64,000 nt of DNA from Lobosporangium transversale. Taxonomy: Eukaryota. Numbering within the stretch: position 1 is the first letter of the stretch; each line of letters begins with the position of its first letter. Below the pieces are notes generated by a model. The model saw nothing but the letters and a program-made list of their open reading frames with translations. It was not told the origin of the DNA and made no database searches. A program made the translations under genes and the position numbers. Below are positions 11,341-21,753 of the stretch, piece by piece. The DNA is taken from NCBI RefSeq assembly GCF_002105155.1, contig NW_019029019.1:310001-374000 (forward strand), given 5' to 3'.

Positions 11341-12138
11341 GTACGCTAGCTTAGGCTTGTCCCATCAAGCATAAATATCACGAGTGGTCCACATCCCCTT
11401 AGAATAAAATATCTCGATTTCCTTTTCCCCATGGTTTGGTATAAATGTAGTATTGTGAAGGTTTCGAGTTTATATTTCAACTTTCTTTTTTTTTTTCAAC
11501 ATGTTGGAGATGTGTTATCTGCTAGAGATTCGGTTATTTTAAGGTGTAGAATTCTGTGATGTTGTCTTAGAATATGTGCATAGGTTTATTTGTTTGGCCG
11601 ACACACTATTTGCTATTTGCTCTGTGGTTCGTTCGCAGCGGCAGCCGAAATGGCGGTATCATCCATTTTTGTTAAAGTTGTAGGGGCTATAAAAGGCCTT
11701 AGATCCAGCTGCATAGCTACAAAGTCGTAGCGCGAGTCTCACTATAGGCTTGACAGTTTTATTTTTTGCACTTTTACCCTTCCCTTACAAAAATATAATC
11801 GCCAAAGATGATTTTATTGAAATATGTGCACAACAGTGTGTAGATACCAATGCCCTCTAATTATTTTTTTTGATAAAAAATAACGATTAGAGCTTAATGG
11901 TGGGCTTCCTCAAGCCTTAATTCATTGCATAACCAACCCTCAACGGTGAATTTCTTTAGTATTTGACACATGATGTAATCGGTTGGTTCCCCAAAAAGCT
12001 GTTCTAGGTCTCAAGCGTATACTTTCCGGAAATAACCAGATCTTAATGGTGGGTTGCTTCAGCCATTACTACACAGTATGGTTGATGAACTCCTTCGAAT
12101 AGTATTCACGAGCCTGCTCTGCCTGTGCACTTAAAAAA

Positions 12139-12172
<34 letters not shown>

Positions 12173-13982
12173 TGTGAGTGTATTGTCAGAAATTAATATT
12201 AGGAATTCGGAGGAATATGGCTTTCAACTCACCCCTTTCGCACACGCCTTGTCATATATAACTCAGTCTTCTAGTTTTTATGTTACATAAGGTCATTTCC
12301 ACGAAATGCCGACCTTTTGGCAAAAAGTTGAGCTCTGAGGGGGCCCTCTCCATACCTCCTGCCCTCCCCTACCTGCCCCATCTCCGGTTATGAGAGCGGA
12401 AAAAGTAGGTATATGAAATATTCGCTCCGCCTTCGTAAAGAAAGTCAAGCAAGAAAAGGATGAAGTTGTTCTGCCATTCCATGCTGCCTCCGGGTGACAG
12501 AAAACAAGAAGACAACAGTCTTTTCTACGGTTATTTGCTTCACTTTCAGCTACCTTTGAGTATTCTTCGTTCCCTACCTTCGCTATTCTTTCGAAGCCAT
12601 CCGTTCTGTACTTAGGTGTGCATACTGCCAAATCACTCGATTTGACTTTAGCGTTTGTCTTTTATTAATGAATGAGATCTACGAGGATGTGTATTTGATA
12701 GTAATCTTCGCTTGTAGATTAATAGGCACTAGGTTCTTTTTCTTAAGGCCTTGCGTTGAATTATGATGAGAAAATCTATCCCTTACTAATTGGATTCTCA
12801 ACCTACAGCGTATCTAAGTTGCTCTGCTTAAAAATAAGTATATGAATCAAGCCTTTTATCTATCTGGTTTCGATTAGAAGGATGCGTTGAATGTTGTCTT
12901 CTAGTAGAATATTATGTCTTTGAATAGGAGATAGAAGATTGCAAAGGTCTTTGATGGAAAAGGATATACCAAGAAATAACACAATAATATTCTGTAGCGC
13001 TTCAGCAACACCAATCAGCACTTACCATACAACCGGAATCGATATTTAAAGTACACATGTGTAATGCTATTTACTTTACCAACTCCTTGTACGGAGAATG
13101 AACTGGTTAAGTAACCAAAAAATAAGCGGGGTAATGTTGAGTAAACAGTTTCTGGTCAATGCTTTGAAACATGAACCACACAATAGATACTGTCATGTTT
13201 ATTCTTCGATCTTTATCAGCTGCTGGGATAAACTATTGTAGAGGGAGAATGGGTACAGAACATCATGTAAGACCGTTCCTTGTCCAAATAATCATCGGAT
13301 CAATCTCCTTGGTGATGAAAGAGGGCTCTTGCTGATTATCCCCCGAAAGGAAAAAAAAACATCAAGAAGTAGAAAGGATTTCCACAAACAGATTTGATAT
13401 GGAAAAAATGCTAACGTGTACGTTCCTGCGTTTGCTTGTATTCAGGTGCTATACTTTGAAATGTGCTATTTTTTTCTTTGAGCCAAGGATATATTCTATT
13501 ATATCTTTGATGTCTCTATCGCCTCGCTCACTCAGCTTTTCTGTCTTTTTCTCTGTACTTCATACGGAATCAGGACAATCATCCCTACACTTGCATCGAT
13601 TCACATTCTTTTTTCAATTGCTTCCTCCATTACTTCTTCGAACCCATCAATCATTGTGACTGTTTTTGAAGACGCGTTTATTTTATTTGCGCCACTGAAC
13701 TTGGAATTAGTTTGACATACGTTAAGGTAATGGTGATAGCAGATAGTCATTTGAGAGCATAGGGGTTCATCATTCTTACATTCGATATTGTGCGCGATGT
13801 GAGCTGACTTGGGCTCTAAACACATTTAAGACCGGCGTACTTTACTGGCGCACGCTTTTTCTTTGCCGACCTTGTTATAAAAGCGGTGCTCAGCTTTTAT
13901 TTTGATTTGTGCCACAGAATATGAAGATATTCGATGATATACTGTTATTAACCATTTCTTTCTTTTTTTTCTTTTCTTTTAG

Positions 13983-16900
13983 ATGACCAAAACTGAAAAG
14001 AAAGAGGAGTCTTCCGAGGTCTTACGCGTTTCGATGGATTTACTATACGACACCCAAAAGTTGCAAGCTTTACTGGAGAAGGACCAGAAAATCAACTTGG
14101 GGAAAGGCAAGGTGGACACCTTTAAGAGGGATGGATACCAGTCTGTTAGTCTGTACACCAAAAGACTTATAGACATGTATGAATACGAATTTCAGATCGA
14201 AGCAGCAAAGGCGCTGTTTGGCAAGATTCCAGACGACCGCAAGCACTGCCGTCTCGAACGCGTAAAAAATAAAGCCTATCGAGACTTCACCGATGGCGAA
14301 TTAAATGAAGACGTTGGGGAACTTAATGAAGACAGTGACGTTGGGGAACTTAATGAAGATAGTGGCGATGCTGACAGACCTAACGTAGGGGGCTGGATCC
14401 TTGTTGAAGAGCCAGAGATATACAACCACAACGACATTGTCGTTGCTGTAATCACTAAGAATTTTGGCGATTGGGAAGACTCCGAGCGATACATCGGCTG
14501 CTTGGAGCACATCTATAGGGACTTGCAAACTGGATCGAATGAATATACTTTTACATTTGACGCGCAAATATCATCTTCCAAGGAAATTGACGTGCTGATG
14601 TGGACGATTGGGAACCTTACAGCCTACGAGCGTATTATGAATAGTCTATCTAATGTGGATAAGATGAGCTCGATACCAAAGGTGTTTCTGAGAGGCCCTG
14701 CAACAGGCATTAGCCCCCTTATAGACGATACTCCACACAGACGAGCTGATGTACCCGAGTCGATGAACACAGCGCAGAAGGTTGCGATATCAAGGGCAAC
14801 CCAGGGAGGCCCGGAGGATGTGGTGCTGGTTCAGGGCCCTCCTGGATGTGGTAAATCGACGGTAATCGTCGAAATGGTGCGTTTACTCACCCCCCGTGTC
14901 CAGTATAGTGCGAGAGTGCAGGTCCTGGTGTGTGCACAGACGAATGTTGCTGTGGTGGATCTTGCCTACAAGTATATCACCACTAACAAGCCTAAAAGCA
15001 AGTTTGAGTATGTTATGGTTATGAGGCCACCCAAGATCATCGATAGCCACAAGAGAGCAGTGCTCGAGCCATTTACAGTTACCGCTCGATATCACCAAGT
15101 TGTCAATGCTGTGTTGCACACCATCATACGCGTCTTTGGGTACACCCCCATCGCATGTCATGGGAGCTCGGCAAGAGATAAAGTTAAGAGTATTGTAGCC
15201 ACCGATTTTAAGAGGTTTGTGGAAAGTGGTTTAATCAAGCTACTGCCTATGCGCGCCCGCGAATTCCTTTCTGGGCTGCCGTCTGCCGATTCGGCCCAGA
15301 TGAAGCCTCTGATTTTTGGAATGCGCAACGAACTAGGGCCCTTTTTTAGGCGCGATGACTTCAAATCATTGCTCGAACTGTGCAGTACTGGCCAGGGTAC
15401 TGACATTCCACGCTCTAAACCCTTACCCATTTATGGATGGCTGAAACAAGCTCTTCTTCGTGCAGCTTCGGTCGCGTTTTGCACAATTAATGTTGGGATA
15501 TCGGTGACTTTTTGGGGAGCCATGACCAACCTAACGTATATCATTGTCGATGAGGCAGCGCAGGCACTAGAGCCGGATGTGACTGCATTAATGTGCGTTG
15601 ATTCGAGCTTTCGTCGCCTAATTTTGGTTGGAGATCCAATGCAGCTCCCAGGATATTGTACATCCAACCAAGGCAAGCGTGACATGATGGACCGCAGCCT
15701 CATGGAGCGTCTCCAGACATACCAATTGTGCCATTCGACACTCCTCGATGTACAGTATCGCATGCATCAAGACATCTGTGCTTTCGTGTCCCGAACCTTC
15801 TACGATAACAGATTGACCTCCGACAAATCGATCCACGACAGGAACCCTGTTACAACACTACCAGCAGTTATGCACGTTATGTTCCTGGGATCCCAGGCAA
15901 GCCAGTCGAGAATCACGACAACGAGCGTGGTGAATATCGACGAGGCTAGATACATTGTTGCCCATGTATTCAGTGTGCTGTTGTCGTCCAGGCAAAAGCA
16001 AGCTCCTTTGACTAATCCTGTGACTAAATCAATCACATTCGCTAAGATGGCGGCGACACTTCCGCAAAAGGTAGAGGCGCGACAACCTGCAGAGGCCCCC
16101 ACGACCACCATTGGGATCATATGTATCTACAAGCCGCAAGCCAACGTTATACAGTATCTAGTCGACAGAATGCTGTCCCAAGGAGCCTATAAAGGACTTG
16201 GATTTAACATAGTCGTTAATACTATAGATTCATTCCAGGGGCAGGAGTGCGACATTATCTATGTGGCACTTACAAGAACTAACAAAATCAACGCTTTTAT
16301 GTGCGATCCTAACCGTGTTAACGTCGCAATTTCGAGAGCTCGGCATCATCTAATTATAGTGGGAGACGCGAGTCTTTCGCTAACAGACAAAAAAGACGCA
16401 TCATCATCTTACTGGCATAAGCTGTTTGTGGACAAGAGCTCAATGATTATCGAACAAAAGCACATCAAGAACGTACCTCCGTACGAAGGACCAGAGAGTG
16501 TTACTACTATGAGGACCGCGGCAATGCCAGCAGCGCCGATCACAATCAAAAAGCTCATAGCTAGGGGACTGGATGCCACAACTCCTATTTGGACCATCCA
16601 CTACGAGAGACTTATGATAGACCCGAAAACTCCGCAAGGAATCCATATACTCGAATATGTCGTGCAAACACTGGCTAGTGGAGATTTTGACACGGGCAAT
16701 GGTGGTAGAACAACAAGGCCTTTATTCCGCAAACAAAAGGGGGCAGCTCTATTTTTCGTTACCACAGTGTGTGATAAAGTGTGCCTTGCGTGGACCGTGA
16801 TAGTGCACAAGCAGCGTCAGGCCATTGAACTCCTTGGCATTGGAGACAAAACATTCGTCGAGAAGAAGGTTTGGCCATCGCTCCGTCGCGACAACGAAAG

Positions 16901-19664
16901 GCAACCGGAATGGGTGCTCTCTGCGTCTATGAATTTGTGGTCGTCCGGTATAAGCGTAGACCTCTCCAAGGATATGCCAAAAAGTACGTCGCTGCTCTAT
17001 GTACCCGCAGATATAGATCCTCCTGCCACCGATGTATTGGCAGATGTACCAGAAAATGGTCGTATGATCGATCACGACCATATTAAAGCCATGGCGTTCA
17101 TGAGATCCAGGCCCACTATGATTCTTGGAGGTGGGGGTACTGGCAAGACGGAGTGCATGTTGGGTATGATCGAGCAGCAACTGGACATGGATACAGACTA
17201 TGACAACATGCAGCTCTATTTGGGAGCAACAGATTCGTTAGCCAACTGGTCGTCAATGAGGCTATTAAAATGGGAGAGTATAACGGAACAGGGCTTTAAG
17301 ATGGTATCGTTCACCAGTCTTCCGTCTCTACTTGCAAAGCTCTTCATGTCGAGCAGCACCATACACGGGAAGCTTTTTGTGGATCGAGATGTCTTTAGGT
17401 CCGAATACATGGATGCCATGCCTGCAATGGTCCGCAGTATTGGCGCCGATGAGCTCTATGATGCTATCCTCGCACGCATGGATGTAGAGACACAGAGCAG
17501 TATTAGTTCTCTTAGGCCAGAGTACAAGACAGCGCACAAGGTCTATGAATCGGTCAAAGCGTCGCGTGGCCACATCGACGCTTACGACCTTCACGCACTC
17601 GTTAAGCGAGACCCGCAACGATTAGTGGCTATGGCGTCGAAGATTGCACGCATCTACTTAGATGAGGTCCAGGATATATCGTGGACAATGTGGTCCGTAA
17701 TCGACATAATGCTGTCTGCAGGTACCTCAAGCGTGGTGTGTGCTGGCGATTTTACACAACGACTTACACCAGGGATTTCAGTCAATGGCATAAAGACGCT
17801 TATCTATAAACACCTCCCAAAGAGTATGGAGACCATAAAGTTTAAGACAAATTATCGATCAGACCCTAGCATTATATCGCTCGCCAATCGTATTCAATCG
17901 TACACACGAATGAGGGAACACGCAATGGAACCGTCCCTCTACCCTCAGGAAAGCAGCAACTCCGTGGCACTGGTAGAGATACAGGACATCGAGCATGAAA
18001 ATGTAGCCGATGTGTTGCGCTATATCGGAGTACCATCCAACAACTACAGAGCCGCGATTGTCACATCGTCGTCATGGGCACATCGGCTTCGTGAGACTTT
18101 GGGTAAATCTCACAATGTCTTTAGTGCTTACGAATGCAAGGGTCTCGAGTTCGACCTTGTTGTGTGTTGGGATCTTTTCAACCCAAGCATGGGTGTAAAA
18201 ACATCGATTCTAAGGCATAACATGGGAGCTACCACCTTAGATAAAGGTAATATTGAGGAAGACGAGAACTTCGAGATATACTTAAATCATCTCTACGTAA
18301 CCGTTACAAGGGCACGCAAGCATCTTATAATGGTCGTTCCATCGTGTGAAAGAACCAGTATTATGACCAAGGCACTCGGGATTAGCGATATCATTCATTA
18401 CAGCGATGTCCAGGAGCGTGGACCTCTGCCTGAAATTATCATTCCAATAGATGAGCTCAGCGTGTCTGACGATCTAAGAATGGCGATTGTAATGAGAGAG
18501 AGAGGTTTGCTTCAGCAGGCCCTCAATGTCTTTGAGCAGCACGGCGACGCCGCACAAGCAGGATTTACGAGAGCTCTAATCCATCGAAATGAGCACAGGC
18601 TTCGCGGGGAAGATCGCGAGATCCAGCTTTGTATTGCTGAGTGTTACGATGTAATCGAGGCATTGCAGCAGTCGACGGACAGTGTTCTCAAAATCGAGGA
18701 TGTAAAGCTATTCCTTGCCCAGGCACTGGTCGCTGATAAGCAGTATGCTGAAGCCTGTTTGTTTTACGAAGACCTGGAGATGGAAGATGAACTGGTCGCG
18801 TGCCTAATCGAGGCAGTCGAATCAAAGTCTGAAGATGTAGCGCAGCTACAAGACCTTGTATCCGATCAAGCTGTAGCTATATGGGAGCATTTCAAGGACA
18901 ACAATAGATACGCAAGATTTGTTATTGCGTTAATGCTGATATTCAAATCTTCGCCTGTAGATATAGTCCAGTCGATGCTCTCGCACATTCCATCCAAGAC
19001 AGGGCTTATTATGATGCATAACTCCCTGGTAGAGGCCAATAAAAGTGTATCTCCCATATGGGAAGTATCCCGAAGAAGAAAGTCGCTGCAGATGGAATCT
19101 GGTTTGGAAGAGTCAAAAGAACTGACATTCTTAGAATGGAGCTTATTGCGACGCCTGGATGGCCAACACTCCAACGAAGACTTGGTTTACATTACATCTA
19201 CTGGTTGCTTGTCAGAATCCCAGTCGCCGATGGCGTGTCTATTCGTCGGGGCTAGAAACAACAAGACTACAAAAACCTTGTCGCTTCATATCCAATCGGG
19301 TGCTATGCTAAAGTCGTGTCGATCGCTGGAAGTGCCCTTGAGGCATGCGGCAACGAAGATGAGAGAACTCTCGTGCTTTCTGTCCGATTTTATGGCACTC
19401 CATTCCCAACTAAGAGGAGAAGAGGCAATGTACCTGCTTGTCGAGGCGTACAAGACGCATAAGCTGGAGATGAGGGGTAGCGAGCATCAACTCGCGCTCT
19501 TTAGATGGTGTGCTAAGATGTGTGGAGGTATGAACATCATCGAGATGATCTGCACCACGCTTAGGGAGGATAAAGAGATGCTGACCGCCATCTACAATCC
19601 AGGCAACACTTCAAACGCAACACAGAAAGCACTCCTTCGTGTGTTAGACGAGAGAGATTTATAG
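13983..19664 (+). CDS. Dual-helicase gene copy 3 (1893 aa)
   Basis: Same two sets of helicase motifs. The first ~85 codons are nearly identical to copy 2, then the SF1B half diverges. Confidence 0.92.
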   Translation: MTKTEKKEESSEVLRVSMDLLYDTQKLQALLEKDQKINLGKGKVDTFKRDGYQSVSLYTKRLIDMYEYEFQIEAAKALFGKIPDDRKHCRLERVKNKAYRDFTDGELNEDVGELNEDSDVGELNEDSGDADRPNVGGWILVEEPEIYNHNDIVVAVITKNFGDWEDSERYIGCLEHIYRDLQTGSNEYTFTFDAQISSSKEIDVLMWTIGNLTAYERIMNSLSNVDKMSSIPKVFLRGPATGISPLIDDTPHRRADVPESMNTAQKVAISRATQGGPEDVVLVQGPPGCGKSTVIVEMVRLLTPRVQYSARVQVLVCAQTNVAVVDLAYKYITTNKPKSKFEYVMVMRPPKIIDSHKRAVLEPFTVTARYHQVVNAVLHTIIRVFGYTPIACHGSSARDKVKSIVATDFKRFVESGLIKLLPMRAREFLSGLPSADSAQMKPLIFGMRNELGPFFRRDDFKSLLELCSTGQGTDIPRSKPLPIYGWLKQALLRAASVAFCTINVGISVTFWGAMTNLTYIIVDEAAQALEPDVTALMCVDSSFRRLILVGDPMQLPGYCTSNQGKRDMMDRSLMERLQTYQLCHSTLLDVQYRMHQDICAFVSRTFYDNRLTSDKSIHDRNPVTTLPAVMHVMFLGSQASQSRITTTSVVNIDEARYIVAHVFSVLLSSRQKQAPLTNPVTKSITFAKMAATLPQKVEARQPAEAPTTTIGIICIYKPQANVIQYLVDRMLSQGAYKGLGFNIVVNTIDSFQGQECDIIYVALTRTNKINAFMCDPNRVNVAISRARHHLIIVGDASLSLTDKKDASSSYWHKLFVDKSSMIIEQKHIKNVPPYEGPESVTTMRTAAMPAAPITIKKLIARGLDATTPIWTIHYERLMIDPKTPQGIHILEYVVQTLASGDFDTGNGGRTTRPLFRKQKGAALFFVTTVCDKVCLAWTVIVHKQRQAIELLGIGDKTFVEKKVWPSLRRDNERQPEWVLSASMNLWSSGISVDLSKDMPKSTSLLYVPADIDPPATDVLADVPENGRMIDHDHIKAMAFMRSRPTMILGGGGTGKTECMLGMIEQQLDMDTDYDNMQLYLGATDSLANWSSMRLLKWESITEQGFKMVSFTSLPSLLAKLFMSSSTIHGKLFVDRDVFRSEYMDAMPAMVRSIGADELYDAILARMDVETQSSISSLRPEYKTAHKVYESVKASRGHIDAYDLHALVKRDPQRLVAMASKIARIYLDEVQDISWTMWSVIDIMLSAGTSSVVCAGDFTQRLTPGISVNGIKTLIYKHLPKSMETIKFKTNYRSDPSIISLANRIQSYTRMREHAMEPSLYPQESSNSVALVEIQDIEHENVADVLRYIGVPSNNYRAAIVTSSSWAHRLRETLGKSHNVFSAYECKGLEFDLVVCWDLFNPSMGVKTSILRHNMGATTLDKGNIEEDENFEIYLNHLYVTVTRARKHLIMVVPSCERTSIMTKALGISDIIHYSDVQERGPLPEIIIPIDELSVSDDLRMAIVMRERGLLQQALNVFEQHGDAAQAGFTRALIHRNEHRLRGEDREIQLCIAECYDVIEALQQSTDSVLKIEDVKLFLAQALVADKQYAEACLFYEDLEMEDELVACLIEAVESKSEDVAQLQDLVSDQAVAIWEHFKDNNRYARFVIALMLIFKSSPVDIVQSMLSHIPSKTGLIMMHNSLVEANKSVSPIWEVSRRRKSLQMESGLEESKELTFLEWSLLRRLDGQHSNEDLVYITSTGCLSESQSPMACLFVGARNNKTTKTLSLHIQSGAMLKSCRSLEVPLRHAATKMRELSCFLSDFMALHSQLRGEEAMYLLVEAYKTHKLEMRGSEHQLALFRWCAKMCGGMNIIEMICTTLREDKEMLTAIYNPGNTSNATQKALLRVLDERDL

Positions 19665-20666
19665 GCACGTTAGGCTAGGTTTATCTGATTTCGGATCCAT
19701 CGAGCATTATATATCATAGGTGATCCACATCCTTTTAAAATAAAACACTTTGATTTTATCTTGACCATGGTTTGGTATTTGTTATAAATGTGGCATTGTG
19801 ATCTCGAGTTTTTATTTCAAGTGTCTTTTTTTTTTTTTTTTTTTTTTTCAACATGCTGAAGATGTGTTGTCTGGTAGAGATTTGGTTATTTTGGGTTATT
19901 ACGTTGCCTAAGATCATATGCGTGGGATTTTTTGTTTGGCCGACACACCATTTGCTATTTGCTCTGCGGCTCGTGCATAGTGGTAGCCGAAATAGCGGCA
20001 TCATCTATTTCTATTAAAGTCGCAGGGATTGTAAAGCCTTCAAACCCAGCTTGATAGTTTTTTTATTCTTTTGAATAAATAGGCTTTTATCCTTCCAAAA
20101 ATGACTAGAACTCAACGATGGGTCCCCTCAGCCCTTGATACATAATGTAAAAGACATCAATGAAGGGTTTTCTCAGCCCTTGATGCATAGAATAAGCAGA
20201 GCTTAATGCCAATGACAGATTTCTTCAACCATTCATATATGTACATGATATATTTGATGATACTCAAAGCCGTAATATATCTCTGTAAAATGCCTGGGGG
20301 ACCATCACTTTTGAGGAGCTGTGGGATTTCATTCACATTTGTTTTTTAATTTAGAAACATTACCTGTGTCCCGCGATAGACTTGAGATTTTATACATTTA
20401 TTATTTAGTGCTTTTTTTAGTCTACACTACACTTTTACATTTCTACTAATATCATCGCCATGAAGTGCCAGCACGGATCGAAAATTCATCTGACGAGATA
20501 TCGTAATCTTAAAGAGACCCAAAACCATACTCCTTGAGCCCCATTTCGAACGTCAACAACCCCTCCCTTCTACTTTTACCCTTCCCTTACAAAAACATGA
20601 TGCCGTTCAAGGCCACGGGCATACATCTTCCGGAAATAACCAATCTTGATAGTGGCTTGCTTCAAC

Positions 20667-20784
20667 CATTATCCTCGTAGCCATGGTCCATATGTGTGTG
20701 ACCTCTTTTTATTCCTTCTGACCGAGAAAAAACTAAAAATAAAATAAATAAAATCTAGCGTTCGCTCTGATCTACTCTCTATCT
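20667..20784. repeat. DIRS left inverted terminal repeat
   Basis: 20689-20784 is the exact reverse complement of 24726-24821 (96 bp). 20667-20696 is complementary to the first part of the ICR. Confidence 0.93.
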
Positions 20785-20829
20785 TCTTTTTTCTCGCTCA
20801 GGAACACATCCAGCGTATTGAAGTTCCAA

Positions 20830-21753
20830 ATGAGCGAGTATGACACTTCTGATCCAATTATACACTCTCTCCAGAGCCAGCTGGCTACACTCACCAGCCG
20901 GCTTGAAGCTCTCTCGACTAGCTCTGAATCCAGTCGATCGAACCCCTACTTGGTTCCAAAAGAACCAGCTTACGAAATTACACCTGACGACTCCATTCTC
21001 GTCCACTACCCAGCAATGGACGGGAAAGATTTTTTCAAACATAAATCTGGAAACCGTGCAGACGATCTTGCATATGCAACAGAAATGGCTAAAGAGATGC
21101 AGTCTTTTGCCAAAAACACAACCCAAACCTATTCTGCACCCAAATCGGCACTCATTGACTGGCCCGACTCTTCCTCTCACCACAGTTCCATGGACAAAAC
21201 AATCTCACGCTATCAATCACGATTGGCAAACCTTACAAGACCACTTGATCAATTTGCCACGGAAATGTTTTCCTACGAAGTTGACCCTGCGGTCGCACAA
21301 GCGTGTTTACAGCTCGCACAGACAATGCGTGAACATATTGCACACCTTGCACAGCAAATGTCAAGCGACAGGGAGGACCTTGTTTACCAAGCGCACAAAA
21401 TTTCAGTCACCAAGGACACAGTTGATCCACCAATTGTCTCTACTTCAGACTTCATTGAAGCCAGCAAATTGGCAAAGAGTGTTCGTCAGGCTACTAACCC
21501 GACAAGACAACGGGCGTACAACAGGAGGACTCAAAACCGGAGTTTCTTTAGTGCAAATACTTACAGACCCACTTCTAATTCTAGCCAATCTCATCCATCG
21601 GGTCAAACTCAGACCGCCCACTATCAAAATGACAATGATTCTTTTTTTGGGCGAGGCCAAAATCCAAGGAGAGGGGGACGAGGCCGAGGCCGAGGCTACC
21701 AAACCCCTCAATCCAACCAGACAAGTCAGGCACAGACTGCAGGCCAGCAGTAG
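20830..21753 (+). CDS. DIRS gag-like ORF1
   Basis: First ORF inside the left ITR. Helical N-terminus and basic/RGG-rich C-terminus (RRGGRGRGRG). ATG at 20830. Confidence 0.8.
   Translation: MSEYDTSDPIIHSLQSQLATLTSRLEALSTSSESSRSNPYLVPKEPAYEITPDDSILVHYPAMDGKDFFKHKSGNRADDLAYATEMAKEMQSFAKNTTQTYSAPKSALIDWPDSSSHHSSMDKTISRYQSRLANLTRPLDQFATEMFSYEVDPAVAQACLQLAQTMREHIAHLAQQMSSDREDLVYQAHKISVTKDTVDPPIVSTSDFIEASKLAKSVRQATNPTRQRAYNRRTQNRSFFSANTYRPTSNSSQSHPSGQTQTAHYQNDNDSFFGRGQNPRRGGRGRGRGYQTPQSNQTSQAQTAGQQ

Noticed and set aside
12293..12631. 112-aa minus-strand ORF in spacer 2 (paralog region 3582-3900)
   Set aside because: The reading frame is not conserved between spacer copies and no motif is recognisable.
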